62,597 nucleotides of DNA from a bacterium (GTDB lineage: Bacteria > Patescibacteriota > Patescibacteriia > JBAXGH01). The stretch is from the NCBI GenBank assembly GCA_037139515.1, contig JBAXGH010000005.1, positions 1-62,597 on the forward strand, given 5' to 3'. Position 1 is the first letter of the stretch. Each line of letters opens with the position of its first letter. This document shows positions 54,613 to 62,597 of the stretch, piece after piece. The position numbers and the translations under genes were made by a program. Below the pieces are notes generated by a model. It saw nothing but the letters and a program-made list of their open reading frames with translations. It made no database searches and was not told the origin of the DNA.

Positions 54613-57312
54613 ATGGCGAACGAAAATTTTGTAAAAATCTGCGGCCAGTGCGACGGAACCGGACTGCGTGCCGGGTCGCCTTGCAGCGCCTGCGATGGTT
54701 TGGGTGCGATTACGCAGATCGGTGAAACACAGTTTACGCTTTCAAGAAGACTTGATGGTGTGGGTTTCGTCTTGCGTGCTTTCGAAAGCAAAATCGGATT
54801 ATTGATAAACCTGGGAGCCATGGTTTTTGGATTACTGGCAGCCGTTCTTTTCGTGCTGCAGATTATTAAGCGTCCTTTTACTGATTTGATTACGTTGGAA
54901 TTCTGGCGCACATCTTCGGTCGGGGTCACGGCTTTTTGGCTCGCGCTTCTGCTCGCGTGTTTTGTGGTCTATCGCGGCATCAGACTTTCGGAGAGAATTC
55001 GCCATCTCTCGGAAAAGACCGAAAACGTTGATGCTCATCCAATCGAGTTTACATCAGCAAAAAAACCGATTGATATCGCTGAATCTTTTGCGCCGGAAGT
55101 TGAAAAGATGCTGGATACGGCGCTTGCAATTGCGCGAGGTGCAAAATCGGCCAAAATCATGCCAGCGCATTTGTTTTTGGCCGGATTCGCGACTCAGTCC
55201 GGGGCGAATTTGATGTGGAGACTGGGCCTTGCGGTCGAAGCGATAAAACCTGAATTGTGGGCTTTGTTTGGGCCGAATCTTCCGGAGAATGAGAGCGAAC
55301 CTGTTTATGGCGCCGAAGCTCGCACGGTTTTATTTGAATCATTCCGGCTCGCGCTTCAGGAAAAACGGCCTTTTGTTTCCGGGGTTGAAATTGTGCTCGC
55401 TGCGGTTCATGAAAGTAAAGAGTTACAGGAAGTATTGTTCCGAGCCGGTGTTGCATTGGAGCAGTTTGAAAATGCCGCCGCCTGGATTCGTTCCATTCGC
55501 GATTTGCAAAACTGGAAACAGAAATTTAGCCGTGCCGCGGCCGAGCGTCCGGGTGGTCCGATGAATCGCGCCATGACTTCGATTGCGACGCCACTTTTGG
55601 ATGCTTTCTCCGATGATTTGACGACGATGGCGCAATTTGGGCAACTCGCACCGCTTGTCGGTCGCGAACGCGAGATGCAGGGGGTTTTGAATATCATGGA
55701 ATCCGGTCATCAAAGCGTGGTACTTGTTGGTGCGAACGGTGTTGGGCGCGATGCGATTGTGAACGGTCTTGCGATGCGCATGGTGCTTGAAGACGTGCCG
55801 AAGATTTTGGCCGATAAACGCTTGCTCGCGCTTTCGATTCCGAAGCTCGTGGCCGGCGCGCAGGGATCGGACGCGAGCGAGATGCTGATTCGCGCACTGA
55901 ACGAAGCCGGAGTTTCTGGAAATGTAATTTTGGTGATTCCGAACATGGATTTGCTTTCCGGCACCGGCGCAAGCGGGGCGCTTGATTTGCTTGCGACTTT
56001 TGCTTCGGAATTGCAGAAGGGCTATCTCGTTACGATCGGCACAACAACTTCGGAATCATATTCAAAATCGATTGAACGCTCGGTACTCGGAACTTTGATG
56101 CAAAAAGTTCCGGTCGTTGAAATGTCGATTGACGACGCTATCAAGACTCTGGCTTTGAAGGTTGGCGCTTTTGAGTATCAATTTGGCACGCCGTTTAGCT
56201 ATGGCGCGCTTGAATCGGCGGTTCGCTTAACCGACCGTTATGATCATGATCGGTTACTGCCTGGAAAAGCGATTGAAGTTGCACGGGAAGCAGCGCTCGC
56301 GGTTTCAAAATCACGCGGCGTGAATGCCATGGTTCTTGCGGAAGATGTGGCAAAAATCGTTTCGGTCAAAGCGAATGTGCCGGTCACGGCGGTTTCGGCG
56401 GACGAATCTGCTAAATTATTAAATCTTGAAGCCGAAATCGGGAAGCGGGTGATTGGTCAGAAGCAGGCGGTCGAGGCTGTGTCCGCAGCACTGCGTCGGG
56501 CACGCACGGAACTTCGAAGCGGCAAACGCCCGATTGGTTCCTTCATGTTCTTGGGACCGACCGGTGTCGGAAAAACCGAGCTTTCAAAAGCTGTTGCAGA
56601 AGTCTACTTCGGTTCTGAAAAGAACATGATTCGGCTCGACATGTCGGAATATCAAGACCCTGGTTCGGTGAATCGCATGCTTGGCGTTCCCGGTTCTGGC
56701 GCAGGCGGAGTTTTGACCGAAGCAATGCGTAAGAATCCGTATACGCTGCTCTTGTGCGATGAACTTGAAAAAGCGCACAAAGATATTTTGAATTTATTCT
56801 TGCAGGTGATGGATGACGGGCGGCTTACGGACGCGACCGGTCGCACGGTTGATTTTACGAGTGCGATTGTAATCATGACTTCGAATGCCGGCACGCAGTT
56901 CATTCAAGATGCGCTTGCGGTCAAGAAACCGGTCGATGAAATCAAGAAACAGTTGATGGAAACCGAACTCAAAGCCACATATCGGCCGGAATTCCTGAAC
57001 CGTTTTGATGAAGTCGTGGTTTTCACGCCACTCTCGCTCGCCGAATCTACAAAGATTGCGGAAATCATGGTGCTTGAAGTCGCGAATAAACTTGAAGATA
57101 AGGGAATTTACTTTGAAAGTTCGGAGGAGGCGATTGCGGATCTGGCACGCAAAGGATATGACCCGCTTTTCGGCGCGCGTCCGATGCGTCGCATGATCCA
57201 AGACACGCTCGAAAACGCGATTGCAAACTTGATGCTCAAGGGGGAACTGGCACGCGGGGACAAGGCGATACTCGAAGTCGGCGGAACCGTGACAGTAGAA
57301 AAGAAAAAATAA
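54613..57312 (+). CDS. ClpA/B/C-family AAA+ ATPase with an N-terminal zinc ribbon and TM segments; D1 motifs are degenerate
   Basis: CGQCDGTGLRAGSPCSACDGLG. D1 has GANGVGRD and VIPNMD in place of GxxGVGKT and DE. D2 is intact: GPTGVGKTE, LLLCDELEKA. Confidence 0.8.
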   Translation: MANENFVKICGQCDGTGLRAGSPCSACDGLGAITQIGETQFTLSRRLDGVGFVLRAFESKIGLLINLGAMVFGLLAAVLFVLQIIKRPFTDLITLEFWRTSSVGVTAFWLALLLACFVVYRGIRLSERIRHLSEKTENVDAHPIEFTSAKKPIDIAESFAPEVEKMLDTALAIARGAKSAKIMPAHLFLAGFATQSGANLMWRLGLAVEAIKPELWALFGPNLPENESEPVYGAEARTVLFESFRLALQEKRPFVSGVEIVLAAVHESKELQEVLFRAGVALEQFENAAAWIRSIRDLQNWKQKFSRAAAERPGGPMNRAMTSIATPLLDAFSDDLTTMAQFGQLAPLVGREREMQGVLNIMESGHQSVVLVGANGVGRDAIVNGLAMRMVLEDVPKILADKRLLALSIPKLVAGAQGSDASEMLIRALNEAGVSGNVILVIPNMDLLSGTGASGALDLLATFASELQKGYLVTIGTTTSESYSKSIERSVLGTLMQKVPVVEMSIDDAIKTLALKVGAFEYQFGTPFSYGALESAVRLTDRYDHDRLLPGKAIEVAREAALAVSKSRGVNAMVLAEDVAKIVSVKANVPVTAVSADESAKLLNLEAEIGKRVIGQKQAVEAVSAALRRARTELRSGKRPIGSFMFLGPTGVGKTELSKAVAEVYFGSEKNMIRLDMSEYQDPGSVNRMLGVPGSGAGGVLTEAMRKNPYTLLLCDELEKAHKDILNLFLQVMDDGRLTDATGRTVDFTSAIVIMTSNAGTQFIQDALAVKKPVDEIKKQLMETELKATYRPEFLNRFDEVVVFTPLSLAESTKIAEIMVLEVANKLEDKGIYFESSEEAIADLARKGYDPLFGARPMRRMIQDTLENAIANLMLKGELARGDKAILEVGGTVTVEKKK

Positions 57313-57326
57313 CTACTCGGAATACA

Positions 57327-57424
57327 GAAAGTGCGGACCTATATGTCGCGTTCAGGGGATAGTCCCCTGCGGCTTTGGGGACAGTCCCCGTCGAACGCGA
57401 CATATATAGGCTCCGTACACTTTC
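57327..57424. repeat. R3 long hairpin with a nested R2 paired-palindrome core
   Basis: GAAAGTGCGGACCTATATGTCGCGTTC-a-GGGGATAGTCCCC-tgcggcttt-GGGGACAGTCCCC-gtc-GAACGCGACATATATAGGCTCCGTACACTTTC. Confidence 0.8.
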
Positions 57425-57494
57425 TTTACTGGTTTGCTGATGTCGTTTTTGTTTTTAGCCGTCATCCGGTTCTGACTGTCAGATTGCTCTAGTT

Positions 57495-57519
57495 GTCATC
57501 CCGAAGCCGAGGGATCTTG
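57495..57519 (+). repeat. R1 hairpin repeat
   Basis: GTCATCCCGAAGCCGAGGGATCTTG. Confidence 0.85.
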
Positions 57520-57680
57520 CGCTCGAAATGTTGGCGAGTCGAGCTTCCTTGAGCGCGCTACCTAACTTGGGTAGAAGCACATGGAGCACTCGCTCGCCGA
57601 ATTCGCGTAGGGGTTGGAGGAGGAATGGGAAAGACATCGCGCTCGACGGCGCGGTGTTTTTGTTGTAAAAAGGCTTCGTT

Positions 57681-58718
57681 ATGCATTTCGAGGTTCTCGC
57701 AAACCTACTACTGCCGACTTTTGCCGCCATGGCTTTGGCTTTTTTGTTTACTGGTAAAATCAGAAAATATTGTCTCGCGAAAAATATCGTTGATGATCCG
57801 AAAAGCGCCGAGCGGAAAACTCACAAAGTACCGACGCCACTTCTCGGCGGAGTTGCAATCATCATCTCAATCGCTGTTGTGCTCGCTGGAGTCTATCGCT
57901 TTGCACCAGTCCTGATTCATCCGAATATTTTGGCGATGTTGCCCTGGATCGCGCTCGCTGGATTTATTATCCTCGTCGGTGGCGTGCTTGATGATATCTT
58001 TGCTCTCCCCGCCAAGGTTCAAATCATGTTTCCGGTAATCGCATGTTTCGTGGTCGTGTTTGGTGGCGATCTTGAAATCACTAAAATCACCAACCCTTTT
58101 GGCGGTTTCATTGAAATCGGGCTCTCAAAAATCATCGCCTTTGCCTGGCTCATGATGATGACTTATACCACCAAACTACTCGACGGCTTAGATGGACTCG
58201 CTACTGGTATCACAGCGATTGGCGCTTTCATGATCGGGTTGCTTTCGCTGACGGTTATATATTTCGAGCCGAGCGTCGCCATGCTTGCGCTCATATTTTT
58301 TGGTGCTCTTGTCGGATTCTTGGCTTGGAATTTTAATCCCGCGCAAATCTATCTTGGTGAAGCGGGAAGTGAGTTTGTCGGATTTTTTCTAGGCGTGCTT
58401 GCGATTATCGGCGGCTCAAAAATCGCAACCGCACTTCTCGTCGTTGGCATTCCGATGCTCGACGTTGTGAGCGTGATGTGGCGCAGGTTTCGCGAAGGTA
58501 AGCCGGTTTTTGGCGGCGATCGCAAACATCTACATTTTCAACTCGCTGAAAGATTTGGGGTTCGCAAAACGGTTTGGATTTTATATGCGCTTTCGGCTTC
58601 GTTCGGGCTCGTGACGCTTTCACTTCAATCACGCGTGAAATTTCTGGCACTTATCGCGGTTGCAATCACAGCTGCGATTCTCATGAATTTTTCGAATAAA
58701 AAAGACCCGCAGGCGTGA
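57681..58718 (+). CDS. MraY/WecA-family polyprenyl-phosphate sugar-1-phosphate transferase
   Basis: PTPLLGGVAIIIS, LLDGLDGLATG, multiple TM segments. Confidence 0.8.
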   Translation: MHFEVLANLLLPTFAAMALAFLFTGKIRKYCLAKNIVDDPKSAERKTHKVPTPLLGGVAIIISIAVVLAGVYRFAPVLIHPNILAMLPWIALAGFIILVGGVLDDIFALPAKVQIMFPVIACFVVVFGGDLEITKITNPFGGFIEIGLSKIIAFAWLMMMTYTTKLLDGLDGLATGITAIGAFMIGLLSLTVIYFEPSVAMLALIFFGALVGFLAWNFNPAQIYLGEAGSEFVGFFLGVLAIIGGSKIATALLVVGIPMLDVVSVMWRRFREGKPVFGGDRKHLHFQLAERFGVRKTVWILYALSASFGLVTLSLQSRVKFLALIAVAITAAILMNFSNKKDPQA

Positions 58719-58733
58719 AGCATACGAGTCGGG

Positions 58734-59072
58734 CTACTTCTTCAGAAAAGGTGCGAAGTTTCGGTTCATGGCAGTGCGGAGGCTGACCTCCAAAAACCTA
58801 CGGTCAACTTTGCAACGCATTGCCTCTGAAACGACGAACGCGATCGCAACGAGTTCGGTTTCATTCGCGAGAATCGAAATGTGCTTACGAAATCCGTTAC
58901 GGATGATGGTGCGAACGGTTTCTCGCGTCGCTCCGTAGGCGAGACATTTCTCGGACATCGCGATGATGCGCCTTGGCGGCTCGAGGCTCTTCACTGCGTT
59001 TCGCAGCAATCGGAGGAAGACTCGTGCCTCTTCCGGATACTTCTTCTTTCTGCGCTCAGTTTCGAGTTGCAT
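58734..59072 (-). CDS. small helical hypothetical protein, paralogue of 59114-59416
   Basis: SD GGGAGG before the ATG. Shared block RTIIRNGFRKHI. Confidence 0.55.
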   Translation of the reverse strand: MQLETERRKKKYPEEARVFLRLLRNAVKSLEPPRRIIAMSEKCLAYGATRETVRTIIRNGFRKHISILANETELVAIAFVVSEAMRCKVDRRFLEVSLRTAMNRNFAPFLKK

Positions 59073-59113
59073 TTCCACCTCCCTCAGTTGTTGTTCTGTT
59101 TGCCGAGCATGCG

Positions 59114-59416
59114 CTACACTGCTCGGGCAACGGCGGCTTCAAAGCTCTTCATCATGAAGTGCTCATCGACGCCACACTGAATCGCGAGCTGTATGATGAC
59201 GGCGGCACTTGTCAGGTCTGGATCGCTCGCGAAAGCTTGAATATGCCTCCTGAAACCATCGCGAATAATCCTTTTCACGAGGCGCTCGTCATAGCCCCAG
59301 GCGAGAAACGAAGCTTCGAGTAGCTTGATGGTTCGCGGATCATCGAGCTCTTTTACTGCTTTTTGCAAACTTCGTAGGTTTTCACGGTTGGGCAAACGGC
59401 TCGAAAGGCTGACCAT
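59114..59416 (-). CDS. small helical hypothetical protein, paralogue of 58734-59072
   Basis: SD GAGGAGG 6 nt before the ATG (MVSLSS...). Shared block KRIIRDGFRRHI. Confidence 0.55.
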   Translation of the reverse strand: MVSLSSRLPNRENLRSLQKAVKELDDPRTIKLLEASFLAWGYDERLVKRIIRDGFRRHIQAFASDPDLTSAAVIIQLAIQCGVDEHFMMKSFEAAVARAV

Positions 59417-59494
59417 GCGATCCTCCTCGGACTCGTTGTAAACTTGCCGAATCCTGATAAATGAGCTATCTTTCCGATTCACGGAAAACCAAAT

Positions 59495-59974
59495 ATGACA
59501 CAAAAAACAAAACTTGTCACGCTTATTGCCGTCATTATCGGAATTGTAGGAATCTGGTATTTTTTTAATCGTGGGCCGCAGCCAGAATACGATTTCACGA
59601 GTATCGCCTTCAAAAAGACCGGCGAAATTGTTCAGGTCTATGTTCCAAAGAACGAAGCTGCGAGCATCTTGGGACTTGGTGGGCGTGATGTTTTACCAGA
59701 AGATTACGGTATGTTTTGGCATTTCTCGACCCCGCGGAAGCCGGTTTTCACCATGCATGGCATGAGAATTCCGCTTGATTTCTTGTGGCTCAAAGACGGC
59801 AAGATTGCCGAAATCACGTCGTCAGTTTCAACCGGTGTGGATACTTTAAGCCCGAGCGTTGATATCACCGGGGTTTTGGAGGTAAATAGCGGATATGCCG
59901 CTAAACGTGGCCTAAAAGCAGGGGACGAGGCCTTGATTATGGGTGAATCCTGGCCTGCGGATACCGGGAATTGA
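59495..59974 (+). CDS. DUF192-family protein
   Basis: N-terminal TM segment, FTMHGMRIPLDFLWL, VLEVNSG. Confidence 0.7.
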   Translation: MTQKTKLVTLIAVIIGIVGIWYFFNRGPQPEYDFTSIAFKKTGEIVQVYVPKNEAASILGLGGRDVLPEDYGMFWHFSTPRKPVFTMHGMRIPLDFLWLKDGKIAEITSSVSTGVDTLSPSVDITGVLEVNSGYAAKRGLKAGDEALIMGESWPADTGN

Positions 59975-60018
59975 CGGATTGAAAAGATTTAGTTAAAGTG
60001 TGCGAATTGTTGAATGTT

Positions 60019-60058
60019 GCCCTATGCCCTACGGCCTACGGCCTAAACCCTAATTTAT
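60019..60058 (+). promoter_or_regulatory. heptad CCTANNN leader abutting the rplU ATG
   Basis: CCTATGC CCTACGG CCTACGG CCTAAAC CCTAATT TAT-ATG. Confidence 0.55.
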
Positions 60059-60373
60059 ATGCTCGCAGTTATTAAAACCGGTGGAAAACAGCACGTCGTT
60101 CGCGAAAAGGAAATTATCAAAGTTGAAAAGTTGGCCCTTGAAGTTGGTGCTAAGGTTTCTTTTGACGCCATGCTTGTTGCGAACGAAGACGGTGCCGGTT
60201 TCAAAGTTGGTTCTCCGATCGTGAAGGGTGCCAAGGTTGAGGCCAAAGTTTTGGAGCATGACCGTACCGCGAAAATCACGGTCGGCAAGTACAAGAATAA
60301 GACTCGCTATCGCCGCTTCAATACTCATCGTCAGCCATTCACAAAAATCGAAATCGAAAAGATCTCCGCCTAG
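60059..60373 (+). CDS. rplU: 50S ribosomal protein L21
   Basis: MLAVIKTGGKQHVV...KYKNKTRYRRF. Confidence 0.95.
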   Translation: MLAVIKTGGKQHVVREKEIIKVEKLALEVGAKVSFDAMLVANEDGAGFKVGSPIVKGAKVEAKVLEHDRTAKITVGKYKNKTRYRRFNTHRQPFTKIEIEKISA

Positions 60374-60401
60374 CGCGGGGTTCTTTTTTATTATTACCGT
60401 T

Positions 60402-60428
60402 GTCATCCCGAAGCCGAGGGATCTTGAA
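60402..60428 (+). repeat. R1 hairpin repeat
   Basis: GTCATCCCGAAGCCGAGGGATCTTGAA. Confidence 0.85.
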
Positions 60429-60434
60429 TTGTCA

Positions 60435-60511
60435 CGGGCGCGGTATGGGAAATTTTTCGGCGGGCAAAGGTACGGCTGATTGCCCGGCGAAAATTTTCCC
60501 ATAATCGCCCG
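60435..60511 (+). repeat. R4 77-nt hairpin element
   Basis: CGGGCGCGGTATGGGAAATTTTTCGGCGGGCAA...TTGCCCGGCGAAAATTTTCCCATAATCGCCCG. Confidence 0.8.
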
Positions 60512-60645
60512 TACAACTTTCGAACCGGGGCTCGCCATCATTGTTGCAAAAAGACCCCGGCTGCGGCTACGTAAATAAAAGCAGAAGCTGTCTACGGTTG
60601 ACTTCGCGAGCTAATAGTGTTAACAACCAGCCAAGGAGGAACCAC

Positions 60646-61353
60646 ATGTCGAAGAAATCAGGGTATCCGGAATTGCTTGTTTTCGTCCGCCATGGTGAGT
60701 CGGAACGCAATCGGATAAAGAGAGGAGTCTTCTACAAAGACGAGGCAGAACGGGCACCGCTTCGGGGCGTGCCCGATCATCGAATCGGTCTTTCGGAGTT
60801 CGGCGTCGAGCAGTCGGTGAAAACCGGAATCGGACTCGCGAACGACTTCGGGCGTCCGGACTTCGCCTTCTACAGCGGTTACTTGCGTGTCAGAGAAACT
60901 ATGGAGCATGCACTCGCAGCGTACTCGGAGAAGCAGCTCCGGAAGATTGAGAGAAGGGAGCATCCGTTCCTTGTCGAACGCAATCCCGGCTACGGCTATG
61001 ACATGATGAAGGCCGAAGCTGATGGGCACTTTCCTTACATCGACGAGTTCTGGAAGACCTTCGGGCACTTCTTGAGTACTCCGATCGGAGGCGAGAGCCT
61101 GCAGGCAGTTCAGATTCGGGCTTATCTCTTCCTCGACGAGATGCTCAAGTTCTATGTGGGCGAGAAGGTCTTCGTCTTCGCCCACAGCGGAACCATCCGC
61201 TGCCTCGCGTCATTGCTCGAAGGCTGGTCGATTCACGACGAGCGTTGGGATCCGAAGAACGGCTCCGGAAACTGCGGAGTGACGGCCTACGGGTTCAGCA
61301 AGCGGACCGGACGGCCGAAGCTCTTGGTCAATAACCGCATCTACTGGAAATAG
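60646..61353 (+). CDS. histidine phosphatase (phosphoglycerate-mutase-like) family protein
   Basis: VFVRHGESERN and FAHSGTIR. SD AAGGAGGA. Confidence 0.8.
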   Translation: MSKKSGYPELLVFVRHGESERNRIKRGVFYKDEAERAPLRGVPDHRIGLSEFGVEQSVKTGIGLANDFGRPDFAFYSGYLRVRETMEHALAAYSEKQLRKIERREHPFLVERNPGYGYDMMKAEADGHFPYIDEFWKTFGHFLSTPIGGESLQAVQIRAYLFLDEMLKFYVGEKVFVFAHSGTIRCLASLLEGWSIHDERWDPKNGSGNCGVTAYGFSKRTGRPKLLVNNRIYWK

Positions 61354-61456
61354 TCGAGGCGGTTTTTTTATTATGTTTGCTGGCTCAATGCTTGACATTT
61401 GGCTAAAAACATGGTAAATACGGGTCAGTGTTACTCAAACTCGAAGGAGGAGAACG

Positions 61457-62008
61457 ATGAACGTGGCAATGGTTTTGATGATGTGCGCGGTCGCAGCGCA
61501 AGAAGGAAACGTTGCACTCGAACCCTGGTCTGACGGCGATATCATCGTGCTTTCGGCGGAGTCCGGCGACCCGCAGAAGGTTCACGGGAGCGCCAATGAT
61601 TTCGCTCGGCTCGTCGGGGAGCGGCTGAAGAGTGAGTTTCCCAGGAAGGTTGTGAACCCGAATGTCGAGCTTCGAATTTGGAAGCGCGACGGCAAGTACG
61701 TGTATCTGCTCCTTTGGTCGGCGCGCCTGATTCCGGTCAGACCCGAGCAGGCCGACTGCTACTTCGATCGTCGCGGCACCATGGTGTCGGGCATCTCACT
61801 CGAGGCTGCAGACAAGGCGCTCAAGGCAATTGAGGAAAAAGAAAAGAAGCTCGAAACGGCGCGCGCCGATTTCCAGACCAAGTTTGGGAATTCGAGCAGT
61901 CCGACCTCGTTCACTCGCATCTCTTACGTTGGTTCCGGCATGGAAAAGATGGCCTGGGTGATTCAGGAGTCTTTCCTGACCGCCAAGGACGTGAAGTGCA
62001 AGAAATAG
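61457..62008 (+). CDS. hypothetical protein, possible signal peptide
   Basis: SD GAAGGAGGAG. Begins MNVAMVLMMCAVAAQ. Confidence 0.55.
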   Translation: MNVAMVLMMCAVAAQEGNVALEPWSDGDIIVLSAESGDPQKVHGSANDFARLVGERLKSEFPRKVVNPNVELRIWKRDGKYVYLLLWSARLIPVRPEQADCYFDRRGTMVSGISLEAADKALKAIEEKEKKLETARADFQTKFGNSSSPTSFTRISYVGSGMEKMAWVIQESFLTAKDVKCKK

Positions 62009-62147
62009 AAGAGGAGCGCTCGTGTTCGAAATACGCTCCGTTTGCCCCTGGGCCGACGGAGCTTTTAAATTGCGTAAACTGTAGAATATGCTCCGCTAGC
62101 AGTTGGGCTGGCGGTTCTTGTATCAGATAGGTATTATTTAAATCAAT

Positions 62148-62597
62148 ATGATAATAAACTCGCACTCGGTAATGATTCCATATCAGAAAGATTGGCCGGC
62201 TAAGTTCAGTTCAGAAAAAGAATTGCTTCAGAAATTGTTCGGAGCTGCGGCTCTTCAGATTGAACATATCGGTAGCTCTTCGATACCAGGCCTGTGCTCA
62301 AAACCAATTGTTGACATCGCGATCATGATTGAGAATCATGAAGAAGCTGATGCCTATACCGAGCCGCTTTCTAAAGTCGGATATAAGTTTCATTCTTTGA
62401 GCACCGAGCGGCATTTTTATACAAAGGGCGACCCGATTGAATATCATGTTTCGATTGCATACGCGAACCGGGGTGGCTTTTGGAAGAGACAGATCCTGTT
62501 CCGTGACTATCTGCGTACTCATTTCGAAGCGCGTGATGAGTATGCGGCGCTTAAGACGGATTTACTCAAAAAAGCTCCGACGGGAAAAGGGGAGTAT
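62148..62597 (+). CDS. GrpB-family protein, 3' end outside the window
   Basis: Open frame to the window edge. VMIPYQKDWPAKF...IEHIGSSSIPGLCSKPIVDI. The start is 62148 or 62172. Confidence 0.7.
   Translation, partial: MIINSHSVMIPYQKDWPAKFSSEKELLQKLFGAAALQIEHIGSSSIPGLCSKPIVDIAIMIENHEEADAYTEPLSKVGYKFHSLSTERHFYTKGDPIEYHVSIAYANRGGFWKRQILFRDYLRTHFEARDEYAALKTDLLKKAPTGKGEY

Overview
This 62.6-kb window looks like an uncultivated, small-genome bacterium. The CPR/Patescibacteria-like assignment is an inference from gene content only. The backbone is housekeeping genes: cysS, dnaX, tsaC, tRNA-Gln, mutM, a MacAB-type efflux set, a P-type ATPase, uvrB, rarA, uvrA, uvrC, mraZ-rsmH, tgt, a Clp-like ATPase, an MraY/WecA-like transferase and rplU. 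Most of these lack a Shine-Dalgarno (SD) sequence. The backbone is interrupted by visibly GC-richer accessory segments whose genes carry strong GGAGG-type SDs.

Highlights:
1. A complete diversity-generating retroelement (DGR) at 124-2661. It has a 128-nt VR/TR pair with adenine-specific mismatches, an Avd-like gene and a reverse transcriptase (RT) split at a G9 run.
2. A 44.1-50.0 kb island of about 16 small same-strand ORFs. Seven copies of a bipartite hairpin spacer with compensatory stem changes divide it into cassettes. No integrase and no canonical attC were recognised. This is my best candidate for an undescribed system.
3. Two tandem ~520-aa paralogues of unknown function inserted between uvrA and uvrC.
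4. At least six families of short palindromic or hairpin repeats. Some sit in frame inside uvrC and tgt, and one pair brackets uvrA as ~41-bp inverted repeats.
5. An intact tRNA-Gln nested inside a split, decayed copy of itself.

No rRNA, CRISPR array, transposase or integrase was recognised. All coordinates of non-ORF features were counted by hand.
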